In this document: positions 8,742-18,518 of the stretch, one piece after another
How the letters are laid out: each line of letters opens with the position of its first letter
How positions within the stretch are numbered: the first letter of the stretch is position 1
Made by a program: the position numbers and the translations under genes
The notes under the pieces: generated by a model
The model's input: only the letters and a program-made list of their open reading frames with translations
Databases searched by the model: none
What the model was told of the DNA's origin: nothing
Assembly: GCA_963662465.1 (NCBI GenBank)
Contig: OY759599.1
Coordinates: forward strand, 3,200,001 to 3,264,000
Direction of reading: 5' to 3'
DNA length: 64,000 bases
Origin: Desulfatiglandales bacterium
GTDB taxonomy: Bacteria; Desulfobacterota; DSM-4660; Desulfatiglandales; Desulfatiglandaceae

Positions 8742-11159
8742 ATGAGCATTCCACTATCTAGTATGGTTAATCGGATTGAGCCTCATAACACAGTTTTGTT
8801 CTTTGGAGCTGGTTCATCCATACCATCAGGTGCCCCAAGCGTGGATAATATAATTTCCCATATTTCTAATGAGTTCCAAATTGAGTCTAACAATTATTCT
8901 CTTAGCGAGATAGCAAGTCTTGCTGAGGAAAAGAGTGGGCGAAAAAGCCTAATCAATTGCCTCAGATCGCTTTTTAAGCTCCCTAGTGTGACAGGGAGTC
9001 TATTAAATTTACCATTGTATAATTGGAAAAATATATATACCACAAATTACGATCAACTTGTCGAACAATCTTATTCAAGAAAAAATACTCCTCTTACGGT
9101 TTATTCATCTAATTTTGACTTTACTGTGCAGTCAGTGCCAGAAGCAACGAAGCTATTTAAGCTTCATGGCACAATTGAGAAAGATGTTAGTGATGGCCAT
9201 AATAGCAGAATTATTATAAGTGAGTCTGATTATGACAATACTATTGATTACAGAGAGGCATTATTTGATGCTTTTAAAAATGATTTATCAGGTGCCAACT
9301 TAATAATTATCGGGTACTCACTTTCAGACCCACATATCAAAGATATCGTCAATAGATCTATTGATATAAATAATAAAATACAGAATCCATTTGCTATAAA
9401 CTTATTACTTTATACTGGAGATGAAAATCGTGCGATATTGTATGAAAAAAGAGGCATAAAAGTATCCTTTGGCGGACTTGATGACTTCTTTATTGAGTTG
9501 GCCAGAAAGTGTGACCCAATTGAAATTATTTATTCTTTTGCTGATAATCCATTAGATTTGGCTCCTGCTCTAAATGCAATCACGATAGATGTGGGCCACG
9601 AGGTTAAGTGCGCTCAAAAAAATGTAAGTGCGATGTATCAGGGGTGGCCAGCAAGTTATCCAGATATTCAAGCTCAAATTACATTCGAAAGAACATTATT
9701 AAAAGAAGTTGAAGCAGCACTTGAAAATGAAAAGCTTTGCACGACAATTTTAGGTGCAAGTGGTATAGGAAAAACAACTTTAGCTCGCCAGATTATTTTA
9801 GGTTTTCACAAAAAAAACTATTTTTGCTGGGAACACAAAAATGACCATACTTTGCAATATCAAATGTGGAGAAATGTCGCACGTGAAATGCAGTCAAAAG
9901 GTAAAAATGGAATTTTATTCATTGATGACGCTCACTCTCATCTATTTGAACTGAATAACTTAATAGATTTATTAATTTCTGACGGTTCTACAAGTTTAAA
10001 ACTTTTATTCACATCCGCCAGAAATCAATGGTATCCCCGTATTAAAACACCAAATATTTTTAAAAATGGTCAACAATTTATATTAAAAAAACTAGATGAA
10101 TCTGAAGTTGAAAATTTGCTAAACTTAGTTGAGACTTCTCCAGACATACGCCCATTGGTAGAAAACAGTTTCATCGGATTCTCACGAATCGAACGAAAAA
10201 GAAGGCTAACAGCTAAATGTGAATCCGACACTTTTGTGTGCTTAAAAAACATATTTGCTTCTGAAAAATTTGATGACATCGTACTGCGTGAATATGCGGA
10301 GTTGGAAACAAAATATAGGGATATTTATAGAATTGTTTCAGCAATGGAAAGTGCCGGAATTAGAGTTCACAGACAGCTTATCATTCGACTGTTAGGGGTG
10401 CCTGCTGCTGAGGTCCAAGCATCACTTACAAATTTGGTTGATATTATACATGAGTATACAGTGAGTGAAAGAGAAGGGATATATGGGTGGAAAGGTAGAC
10501 ATCCAGTTATTACTGACATTATAACTAAATACAAAATGGCAGATGAAAATGAATTTTATAAACTCATAGAGACTGTTATCGAGAATATCATACCAACTTA
10601 TGATATTGAAATAAGGACAATAAGGCAGCTATGTGGCTTCCATACTGGAATTGGTAGGTTTCCAGATAAACAAAGAAGAAATAAACTCTTTAGAAAATTG
10701 ATTTCCATAGCACCCGGTGAGAGGATCCCTCGTCATAGGTTGATCCGAAATTTAATTGAACTAAATGAATTTGATAAGGCCGAAACAGAAATCAGACTAT
10801 TTGCAAATGATTTTAAAATAGATGGCCCTGTTAGACGCTATAAAATAATACTTATGCTTGCACGAGCTCAAAATGCACCAGGTATACTCAAAGAAGATAG
10901 GATAGCAATATTGGATGAGGCGAGGGATAAAACTTTAATCGCAATTGAACTTCACCCTGATAACAAAAATATTATTAGAACATATTGTGACGTTGGCTTT
11001 GAATACTTTAAAATGACAGGGAATTTCGAATATTTTGATGAAGCTATGAAGTATTTAAGAGAAGCTGAAGAACGAATAGGTGATCCTGAAATCACGAGCT
11101 TGTTAATTATGTATGAAAGAAAATTAGCAGGCATTGAGTTCTATGAAGATAGTGAATAA
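8742..11159 (+). CDS. SIR2-like NADase + STAND-type P-loop NTPase + helical/TPR C-terminus (Avs5-like defence protein)
   Basis: LFFGAGSSIPSG, YTTNYD, KLHG (SIR2_2); Walker A GASGIGKT, Walker B FIDD; helical C-terminus. Confidence 0.8.
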   Translation: MSIPLSSMVNRIEPHNTVLFFGAGSSIPSGAPSVDNIISHISNEFQIESNNYSLSEIASLAEEKSGRKSLINCLRSLFKLPSVTGSLLNLPLYNWKNIYTTNYDQLVEQSYSRKNTPLTVYSSNFDFTVQSVPEATKLFKLHGTIEKDVSDGHNSRIIISESDYDNTIDYREALFDAFKNDLSGANLIIIGYSLSDPHIKDIVNRSIDINNKIQNPFAINLLLYTGDENRAILYEKRGIKVSFGGLDDFFIELARKCDPIEIIYSFADNPLDLAPALNAITIDVGHEVKCAQKNVSAMYQGWPASYPDIQAQITFERTLLKEVEAALENEKLCTTILGASGIGKTTLARQIILGFHKKNYFCWEHKNDHTLQYQMWRNVAREMQSKGKNGILFIDDAHSHLFELNNLIDLLISDGSTSLKLLFTSARNQWYPRIKTPNIFKNGQQFILKKLDESEVENLLNLVETSPDIRPLVENSFIGFSRIERKRRLTAKCESDTFVCLKNIFASEKFDDIVLREYAELETKYRDIYRIVSAMESAGIRVHRQLIIRLLGVPAAEVQASLTNLVDIIHEYTVSEREGIYGWKGRHPVITDIITKYKMADENEFYKLIETVIENIIPTYDIEIRTIRQLCGFHTGIGRFPDKQRRNKLFRKLISIAPGERIPRHRLIRNLIELNEFDKAETEIRLFANDFKIDGPVRRYKIILMLARAQNAPGILKEDRIAILDEARDKTLIAIELHPDNKNIIRTYCDVGFEYFKMTGNFEYFDEAMKYLREAEERIGDPEITSLLIMYERKLAGIEFYEDSE

Positions 11160-11194
11160 AAGGCAATAACAAAATGTCGTAGTTTTAAAGTAAA

Positions 11195-11254
11195 TAAATA
11201 AGCTGATCACTGGTGCGGACGCAAAGGGCGGCGCGGCACAGTTTGTTGTTGTGT
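11195..11254 (+). other. Degenerate attC site
   Basis: ctggtgcggacgc...gcgcggcacag hairpin ending in GTTGTGT, whose complement CACACAAC closes the next cassette at 14474-14481; R'' is decayed. Confidence 0.6.
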
Positions 11255-11306
11255 GTGCAGGGGAATGGACTCCAAATCCAACAAAATCTGATTGGGGATA
11301 AAATAA

Positions 11307-14300
11307 ATGTCGCTCTTTCAAAAATCGGTAATCAAGAAATATCTGGCCAACATTCCCCAAGAGGAAATTGCAGCTTCTTACGGAACATTCAAAGAAAAAT
11401 ACTCACCTGCTAAAATTGACGAGATAAAACGAATAAAAGAGGAAGAGTATCAAGATGGTTTCCTTAGAGATATTTTTGTCAGCGTCCTCGGCTACACTCT
11501 TAAGCCTGATGATGGCTATGATCTATCTCGTGAATTCAAAAACCAATCTGACAGCAAGAAGGCTGATGGAGCTATTTTAAAAAATGGGAAAGCCATTGCT
11601 GTAATAGAGCTGAAATCGAACAAAACAAAAAGCTTAAAAAGTATTACAGAACAAGCATTCAACTACAAAAACAATCAGCCTGAATGTAAATACGTTGTCA
11701 CGTCAAATTTCCGGAAATTACGGTTTTATATAGATTATGCTGGTGAATATGAAGAATTCAACTTGTTCAATATAGGAATAGAAGATTTTCAGTTGTTGTA
11801 TTTGATTTTGAACAAAAACAATCTTCTTGCCGATATCCCGATCAAACTCAAAAAAGAAAGCATTTACCATGAACAAGACGTATCAAACCGACTTTACAAA
11901 GAATATTCTGTTTTCAAAAAGGACCTTTTCCAGAATCTAACAAATAATAACCCCGAAAACGACAAGCTCACCCTATTTAAAAAATCACAAAAATTGATTG
12001 ACCGTTTTTTATTTATCTTTTTCGCAGAAGATAGAGGCTTACTTCCGCCTAATTCCATTGACCGTATTATCGAAAGATTTAACATTTTGAAAGACGAAGA
12101 TTCTTACAAGCCACTTTATGATATCTATAAACAATATTTTGGTTACATGAATATTGGACGTAAGGGGAAAATGCCAAATGATGATATCCCGGAATACAAT
12201 GGGGGTTTATTTGCTCCTGATGTAGTATTGGATGCTCTTATAATTGACGATTCTGTTTTGATTAACGACTTACAAAAATTTTCTGCTTATGATTTTAATA
12301 CAGAAGTTGACGTTAATGTACTTGGTCACATATTCGAACACTCCCTATCTGAAATTGAAGAAATTACGTCAAAGTTAGAAGGAAAAACAACCAACAAGAA
12401 TAGGAGTAAACGCAAAAAGGATGGCGTTTTTTATACTCCCAGTTACATTACACAGTACATTGTTGAAAATACGGTGGGGACACTTTGTGAAGAAAAACGC
12501 AAAGCGCTTGATCTTCTTGAGATTGAAATTCATGAAAGTCATCATAATAAATCTGGAAAATTATCAGCAAAGGGAAAGGACCTACAACAGAAACTTGAAA
12601 ACTATAAACAATGGTTGTTGTCATTAAGAATTCTTGACCCGGCTTGCGGTAGCGGCGCGTTTCTGAATCAGGCACTTAGTTTTCTTATAGATGAACATAA
12701 ACTGATTACAGAGTTTCAAACTGACTTGCAAAAAGGGCAAATTTCTCTTTTTAATATTGAGAACCACATTTTGGAAAACAACTTATACGGAGTTGATATT
12801 AATGAAGAAAGCGTTGAGATTACCAAGCTTTCACTTTGGTTACGTACAGCAAACAGAAAACGAAAACTTTCAAACTTGAGCAGCAATATTAGATGCGGAA
12901 ATTCATTGATAGATGATCCTAAAATTGCCGGAAAGAATGCTTTTAAATGGGATGGTGATTTTCCTGATATTATGAAAGAAGGGGGGTTTGATGTTATTAT
13001 TGGAAATCCCCCATATGTTCGCCAGGAATTGTTGGCACCTTATAAAACATACTTTGAAAAAAATTATCAATGCTATTCAGGAACAGCCGATCTCTTTTCA
13101 TATTTCTATGAAAAATCTTTGGTTCTGCTAAAAGAGTCAGGATATTTTGGTTTTATTTCAAATACATTTGCAAAAACAACTGGAGCAGCTGCAAAACTTC
13201 GTCATTTCTTAAAAAATAACAGCAGATTTATTTCTATTGCAGATTTTTCAGGTCAGAAAATATTTGAAGGAATTACCACCTATCCGATCATTCCGATATT
13301 AAAAAAAGAAAAATCATTTGGCAGATTCAATTACCTAAAAGTAAAAGAAAAAGATTTGCTGACGCTTAGTTATGCTATAGTACAAAATTCAATAGTTGTT
13401 GAGCAGTCTTTGTTAAAGGACGAATCTTGGAGTTTTGAATCTCAAACAAAACAAAACTTAAAAGAGAAAATTAAGGCAAATAAAACAGTCCGAGAAATTT
13501 TCGGAAAGAGCTATTACGGTATAAAAACCGGCTTAAATGTAGCATTTATTATTTCAGGTGATAAACGGAATGAAATAATTGCAAAGAATCCAAAAGAATC
13601 TGACATTATTAAACCGTTTATTGAAGGTAAGGACTTGAATAAGTGGACATGCCATGATGTTGGTAAATGGCTTATACTGTTTCCAAAAGGTTGGACTTCA
13701 ACTATTTCTGGTTGCAAAAATGAGCAAGAAGCATGGAAATATATTGAAAATGAATTTCCTGGGGTTGCAGGACATTTGTTAGATTATAAAGAAAAAGCAG
13801 TTCGACGGTATGACAAAGGAGAATTTTGGTGGGAACTGAGAGCTTGTAATTACTATGATTACTTTAATTCGAAAAAAATTACTTGGCCTAATTTACAATT
13901 TTCCAACAAATTTTCCTATGATGATAATGGATTTTACATCAATGCCCCATCTGTGATTCTTCCGACAGGCAGCAAAGTTTTACTCTGCATTATTAATTCA
14001 AAACTGGCATGGTTCTTTTTTAAAGATGTATGTGTAATGAGAAGCGGAGGATATGTTGAAGTAAAACCCCAATATTTTGAACAATTCCCTGTACACCTTC
14101 CTATTGATGAAAAGCCATTAAATGAAAAAGCAGACATCATACTCATGAAAAGTAAAGAACTTTATGAACTGAAAACTGATTTCCTCAATTTTTTTAAAAG
14201 CGAATTAGAGCCTGAAAAAATTACCAACAAACTGGAAAATTGGTATGAGCTTGATTGGGATCCGTTTAAGAAAGAAATGATAAAATGCAAAGTCAAAGAG

Positions 14301-14471
14301 TTAAGTCTGAAAGAACGCAAAGAATGGCAAGACTATTTTATCGAGCATAAGGAAAAAGCTAATAAACTTAAATCAATAATTACTGCTACCGACAAACAAA
14401 TAGACCAACTGGTTTACAAACTATACAACCTGAACGACGACGAAATCAAAATCGTAAATGGAGAAACATGA
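11307..14471 (+). CDS. Type IIG restriction-modification enzyme (fused REase/N6-MTase/TRD)
   Basis: N-terminal KADG...IELK nuclease, DPACGSG (motif I), NPPY (motif IV), TaqI_C-like TRD; stop 3 bp before the attC. Confidence 0.9.
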   Translation: MSLFQKSVIKKYLANIPQEEIAASYGTFKEKYSPAKIDEIKRIKEEEYQDGFLRDIFVSVLGYTLKPDDGYDLSREFKNQSDSKKADGAILKNGKAIAVIELKSNKTKSLKSITEQAFNYKNNQPECKYVVTSNFRKLRFYIDYAGEYEEFNLFNIGIEDFQLLYLILNKNNLLADIPIKLKKESIYHEQDVSNRLYKEYSVFKKDLFQNLTNNNPENDKLTLFKKSQKLIDRFLFIFFAEDRGLLPPNSIDRIIERFNILKDEDSYKPLYDIYKQYFGYMNIGRKGKMPNDDIPEYNGGLFAPDVVLDALIIDDSVLINDLQKFSAYDFNTEVDVNVLGHIFEHSLSEIEEITSKLEGKTTNKNRSKRKKDGVFYTPSYITQYIVENTVGTLCEEKRKALDLLEIEIHESHHNKSGKLSAKGKDLQQKLENYKQWLLSLRILDPACGSGAFLNQALSFLIDEHKLITEFQTDLQKGQISLFNIENHILENNLYGVDINEESVEITKLSLWLRTANRKRKLSNLSSNIRCGNSLIDDPKIAGKNAFKWDGDFPDIMKEGGFDVIIGNPPYVRQELLAPYKTYFEKNYQCYSGTADLFSYFYEKSLVLLKESGYFGFISNTFAKTTGAAAKLRHFLKNNSRFISIADFSGQKIFEGITTYPIIPILKKEKSFGRFNYLKVKEKDLLTLSYAIVQNSIVVEQSLLKDESWSFESQTKQNLKEKIKANKTVREIFGKSYYGIKTGLNVAFIISGDKRNEIIAKNPKESDIIKPFIEGKDLNKWTCHDVGKWLILFPKGWTSTISGCKNEQEAWKYIENEFPGVAGHLLDYKEKAVRRYDKGEFWWELRACNYYDYFNSKKITWPNLQFSNKFSYDDNGFYINAPSVILPTGSKVLLCIINSKLAWFFFKDVCVMRSGGYVEVKPQYFEQFPVHLPIDEKPLNEKADIILMKSKELYELKTDFLNFFKSELEPEKITNKLENWYELDWDPFKKEMIKCKVKELSLKERKEWQDYFIEHKEKANKLKSIITATDKQIDQLVYKLYNLNDDEIKIVNGET

Positions 14472-14474
14472 GTC

Positions 14475-14560
14475 ACACAACCAAACGCTCCACCAGACGC
14501 CTGAAAGTCTTGCGGTCCCAGCGGGGGCCGGTGGAGGCGCTGGTGAGCTTGTCGTTGTCG
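14475..14560 (+). other. attC site
   Basis: ACACAAC-caaacgctccaccagacgcctga...ggcgctggtgagcttgtc-GTTGTCG. Confidence 0.9.
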
Positions 14561-15069
14561 CGCCGAGGAAAGCTCGGCGTATCTTGCAAGGTGAAAGTCC
14601 CTGTCGGGAGGAAATTCAGTAATGGCTTTCTGTAAGGGTTAGCCACCCACCCGTATCGAGCCTTGGACCCATGGCGGAGTTGTTCAGTCTGTCAGGTGTA
14701 GGACACCGGCATTCATACGCCGGTTGGAAACGAGCCGCGCTCAGTGAGGCGGGGCATAAGTCGGAGGACTCACCCCGCCGAACGGCTTGAACAGCGAACA
14801 AGATGGGTTAAGCGTAGGCAGAGTATCCTGTAGGCCGCAGGGGTGATCGCGCACCCTGAAGAGCTGGTACAGCTTCGAAATAGCAATTGCGGACGCCGAG
14901 GGTTTCAACGTTCACCGAAGGCAACACAGAAGCATCCGTTATGGCGAGGATGTGGAGGTCCGCCGGAGTCCTCAGGCCGTGGCATGCAGGAAGAGATACG
15001 CCGTAGAACTCGGGAAGCCCCAAAGGCTCCAGGAAGTTTATTTCACACTGACGGTAAGGTAAAGGAACA

Positions 15070-16899
15070 GTGGTTCACTACACAACCGAAATGCTGAAAG
15101 GAACAACCGGGTGGGAGGTAAATCGGACATCCGATGGCCCTCTATACGCCGACGGGGTGTCTTATCAGGCATACTACTCAGCGGTGGGGAAAGCCCACTA
15201 CATGGGGAAGGACCTGACGGAAGTACGCAGCCTGCAAAGGAAACTCGTACCGGACAATGTAGGGCTGGAACAATATGAGCCAACCTCACTGCAGGGAATA
15301 GCCATTAAGGCAGAAGTTGATGGAAAACACCGTTTTCAAGACCTTTACCGGTGTCTGAATGCCGGATTCCTCCATGCTTGCTGGAAAGACCTGAATAAGG
15401 ACGCAGGCAGTGGTGTGGACAAAGTGACGGCCGAGGCCTACGAAGAAAATCTGGGGGCCAACATCGCGTCACTGGCGGAGCGATTGAAAACCAAACGTTA
15501 CCGTGCCAAATTGGTACGCAGAAGTTACATCCCCAAAGAAAACGGTAAACAACGCCCCTTGGGCATTCCGGCCCTTGAAGACCGGTTGGTTCAACTGGCA
15601 TGCGCCAAACTCCTGACAGCCATATATGAAGCCGACTTTCTGGATATCAGCTATGGTTACAGGCCCAACCGAAGCGCAAAGGATGCAGTCAATGACTTGC
15701 GCTTTGAACTTCAGTTTGGGACATATGGTTACGTCGTCGAGGCCGACATCAAAGGCTTTTTCGATCATATGGACCATGACTGGCTCTTGCGAATGCTCAA
15801 GGAAAGAATTGATGATGCGCCGTTTTTAAACCTGATCCAAAAATGGCTCAAAGCCGGCATTCTGGACACGGACGGTAAGATTATCCATCCGGAAAGCGGC
15901 ACTCCCCAAGGCGGGTTATGCAAAGCTTTGCATAAGCCTCCTTATGCCAAGTTGCCGATTATGCAAAGTAAACCGCTAAAGCTACCAGATTTCCAACACC
16001 TTCACTGAGTTTACTTTGCATAATATCACGGGTATCTCAAACTTGAAATCCAATTAAACGATGCAGCATCCTTGGTTTATTTTGGATAAAATGATCTGGT
16101 TTTTTTCCGACAAATGATTTTGTGAGCTTTTCGCTCAGTCATCATTAGCAAAGATTATGCTAAGTAAATCAAAAAGAAACCCTTGAATTCCAATGCGTTT
16201 TATGGCTTACTTTGCATAATTACTTTCTTTGCATAAGGGGGTATCGTATCGCCGGTTTTGGCAAATGTTTACCTGCATTTTGCCCTAGACTTATGGTTTG
16301 AAAAGATGGTGAAGCCCCACTGTAAAGGGGCCGCCATGATCATCCGGTACGCAGACGATTTTGTCTGCGCTTTTCAGTACAAGGTAGAGGCGAAAGGGTT
16401 TTTCGACGTACTGCCTGTAAGGCTGGAGAAGTTCGGTCTCAGTGTAGCGCCTGAGAAAACCGCCATGATGCGGTTCAGCCGCTTTGATCCGACCATGCGC
16501 AGGCGAATTGTCTTTTTGGGTTTTGAGACCTACTGGACCTATGACAAACAGGGAAAGGTGAGAGTCATGCAGCGCACCGCTCGCAAAAAGTTACAAGGTG
16601 CATGCAGGCGCATCAAGGAATGGGTGAAGGAAAACCGTCATTTGAAGGGGATCGCGTACATAAAGGCGCTCAACCGCAAACTGCGCGGACATTACAATTA
16701 TTACAGCGTGGTGGGAAACGCCAATTCGTTATGGCGTTTTTACCGATGGGCGGTAGATTGTTCGTTTAAGTGGCTGAACCGAAGAGGGGGAAAGCGTAAA
16801 AGCTTCACTTGGAAGGTGTTCCACCGGGCCTTAGATCGCCTGGGGATTGTTAAACCGAAGCTGCCGACGGCCCCACAGCCACGGAAAGTGTTTTGCTGA
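15070..16899 (+). pseudogene. ltrA: Group II intron RT/maturase, interrupted at GTPQGG by the insertion at 15916-16236
   Basis: RPLGIP, DIKGFFD, GTPQGG | IVSPVLAN, RYADDF, domain X LRGHYNYY; no HNH domain; start codon uncertain. Confidence 0.9.
15916..16236. mobile_element. Non-autonomous RIT-like miniature element (TTATGC/GCATAA site array)
   Basis: Terminal IR ttatgcaaag/ctttgcataa; TTATGC pairs spaced 17 bp at both ends (15942/15959; 16214/16231); internal inverted partners at 16009-16024 and 16154-16168. Confidence 0.75.
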
Positions 16900-17162
16900 T
16901 GCGGATGCTTTGCGCGAAAGCGAGTACAACCGAGGAACCGGATGCGGGAAAACCGCACGTCCGGGTCTGCGCGGGGGCGCTGGGTAACCGGCGTTCCTAC
17001 CGTGAGAGCGTGCATTTCACATAGAGCTAATGTCGGAAACAATAAGAACACATAAAGCTATTCCCGAGAATGAAGGATACATTTATATCGTAGCAAATCG
17101 ATATATCCCCCTATCTTGTGAAAATCGGAAAAACAAAAAAGCCTGATGCAAGAATAGACGAA

Positions 17163-17619
17163 TTATCTAATCATGAAGGTGTCCCAGGTAGGTTTCGATA
17201 CATTTTTTGTGAAAAAGTTTTTAACTGACCCGGCTTTGCTTTCCAGCTCTAAACTGATTTCACCGGAAGCCATTGGTGGCAATTCAATAAAAGCCGCCCG
17301 ATTGGGCTCTTCTGAAGACATCATGCGGTGGGCTTCTACACGATCCTTGAGGGCAGTGTAGTTCAGATGCAAATCCTTTGATATTTGGTAGACAGCATAG
17401 GACTCACTAAGGGATATGGCAACATCCCATAATTCTTCAGGGATGGGACCGCGCTTTTTCCGGGTTTTACGCCAATCAACAAACTGGCTTTGAGCTTTTT
17501 CGAGGCTGAGCTTCAGATTTGCTTTTTTATTGGTCATGGGCTATCCTTCTGAACGATTTTGGATAACCCATTCTACCACGATTTTCGGAGCAATTCATGC
17601 ATGCTTGCCGAAAGGACAC
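17163..17619 (-). mobile_element. IS66-like element remnant (TnpA-like HTH ORF 17163-17537 and left end)
   Basis: WRKTRKKRGPIPEELW..A......LHLNY..LK...FIEL motif; no transposase follows. Confidence 0.55.
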
Positions 17620-17790
17620 AAAACAACTGACACGGTTCAGTGCAACTCTCGACCACTTGCAACCTGTTTCGAAGGTGGGGATAACTCGTTTGACAACTTA
17701 GCGACTGCTTGTCTACACTGTAATTCGCAAAGAGGACGTCGGCCGGTAATGGAAATTATAACTGAAAAAAGCTCCCAACAAACGCATTAA
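17620..17790 (+). pseudogene. HNH endonuclease C-terminal fragment (5'-truncated, frameshifted)
   Basis: KQLTRFSATLDHLQPVSK / GGDNSFDNLATACLHCNSQRG split over two frames. Confidence 0.7.
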
Positions 17791-17927
17791 CTCTGAAACC
17801 CAAAGCGGGGTGTTTTCAGTAACATCACCGATTGGAAAATTTTCAATAATCACGAAGCATTCAAAGATCAGATCATTCAAACACATGGTCGCAAACGAAG
17901 CTTTTGGGCGAAATATGAGGTCAAAAA

Positions 17928-18518
17928 ATGAACCAGCGATTTTATCTGCTGAAAATACGACTACTTGATATCGAGCCTGCAATCTGGCGTCGTTTTGTGG
18001 TGCCCGCCAGCATTACATTGGACCGTATGCACGATGTCATCCAGATTGTCATGGGCTGGAACGACAGCCATCTGCACGAATTCACGATTGGAAAAAAACG
18101 CTATACCGAATATCCAGAATCCAAAGAAGACGGACTGGTATGCGGCAGATACCGGATCGGGGATCTGATCAAACAGAAAGGCCGCACCTTTCATTATCTG
18201 TATGACTTTGGTGACAGCTGGGAGCACGAACTTGTTCTTGAAGAAAGTCGCTATTTCAATCCGGAATTGAGAACTGAACTGGCCTGTCTTGAAGGCGAAC
18301 GTGCCTGTCCGCCAGAAGATGTAGGTGGTGCGCCCGGTTATTATGAATTCTGCAAAGCACTGAAGGACCCGAGTCATGAAGAGCATGAAAGCTATATGGA
18401 ATGGTCCGGTGGTGACTACGACAGTGCAGGTTTTGATGCCGATGCCGTTTACTGGGAGCTGATAAAATACCTCCGCTGGTCCCGAGACAGATATCAAAAC
18501 TGGGAAGTAACAGAATGA
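17928..18518 (+). CDS. Plasmid pRiA4b ORF-3 family protein
   Basis: IWRRFVVP..ITL..HDVIQ..MGW.DSHLHEF, YLYDFGDSWEH, CPPEDVGG. Confidence 0.9.
   Translation: MNQRFYLLKIRLLDIEPAIWRRFVVPASITLDRMHDVIQIVMGWNDSHLHEFTIGKKRYTEYPESKEDGLVCGRYRIGDLIKQKGRTFHYLYDFGDSWEHELVLEESRYFNPELRTELACLEGERACPPEDVGGAPGYYEFCKALKDPSHEEHESYMEWSGGDYDSAGFDADAVYWELIKYLRWSRDRYQNWEVTE

Larger units (their letters stand above)
14557..17006 (+). mobile_element. Group II intron (class E-like) on the top strand
   Basis: 5' cgccgaggaaagctcggcg...gcaaggtgaaagtccc; D5 gaggaaccggatgcgggaaaaccgcacgtccgggtctgcgcggggg (from 16932) and D6 ...cctaccgtga; boundaries approximate. Confidence 0.88.

Noticed and set aside
15070..16899. RT as a retron, DGR or defence RT
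   Set aside because: Domain X and flanking D5/D6 RNA identify a group II intron; no TR/VR pair was seen
16740..17051. Minus-strand ORF (also 14808-15023, 15038-15289)
   Set aside because: Antisense shadows of intron RNA domains
17773..17836. Possible attC after the HNH fragment (TCCCAAC-aaacgcattaactctga)
   Set aside because: Left half is plausible but there is no convincing GTT-bearing R'; not listed as a full site
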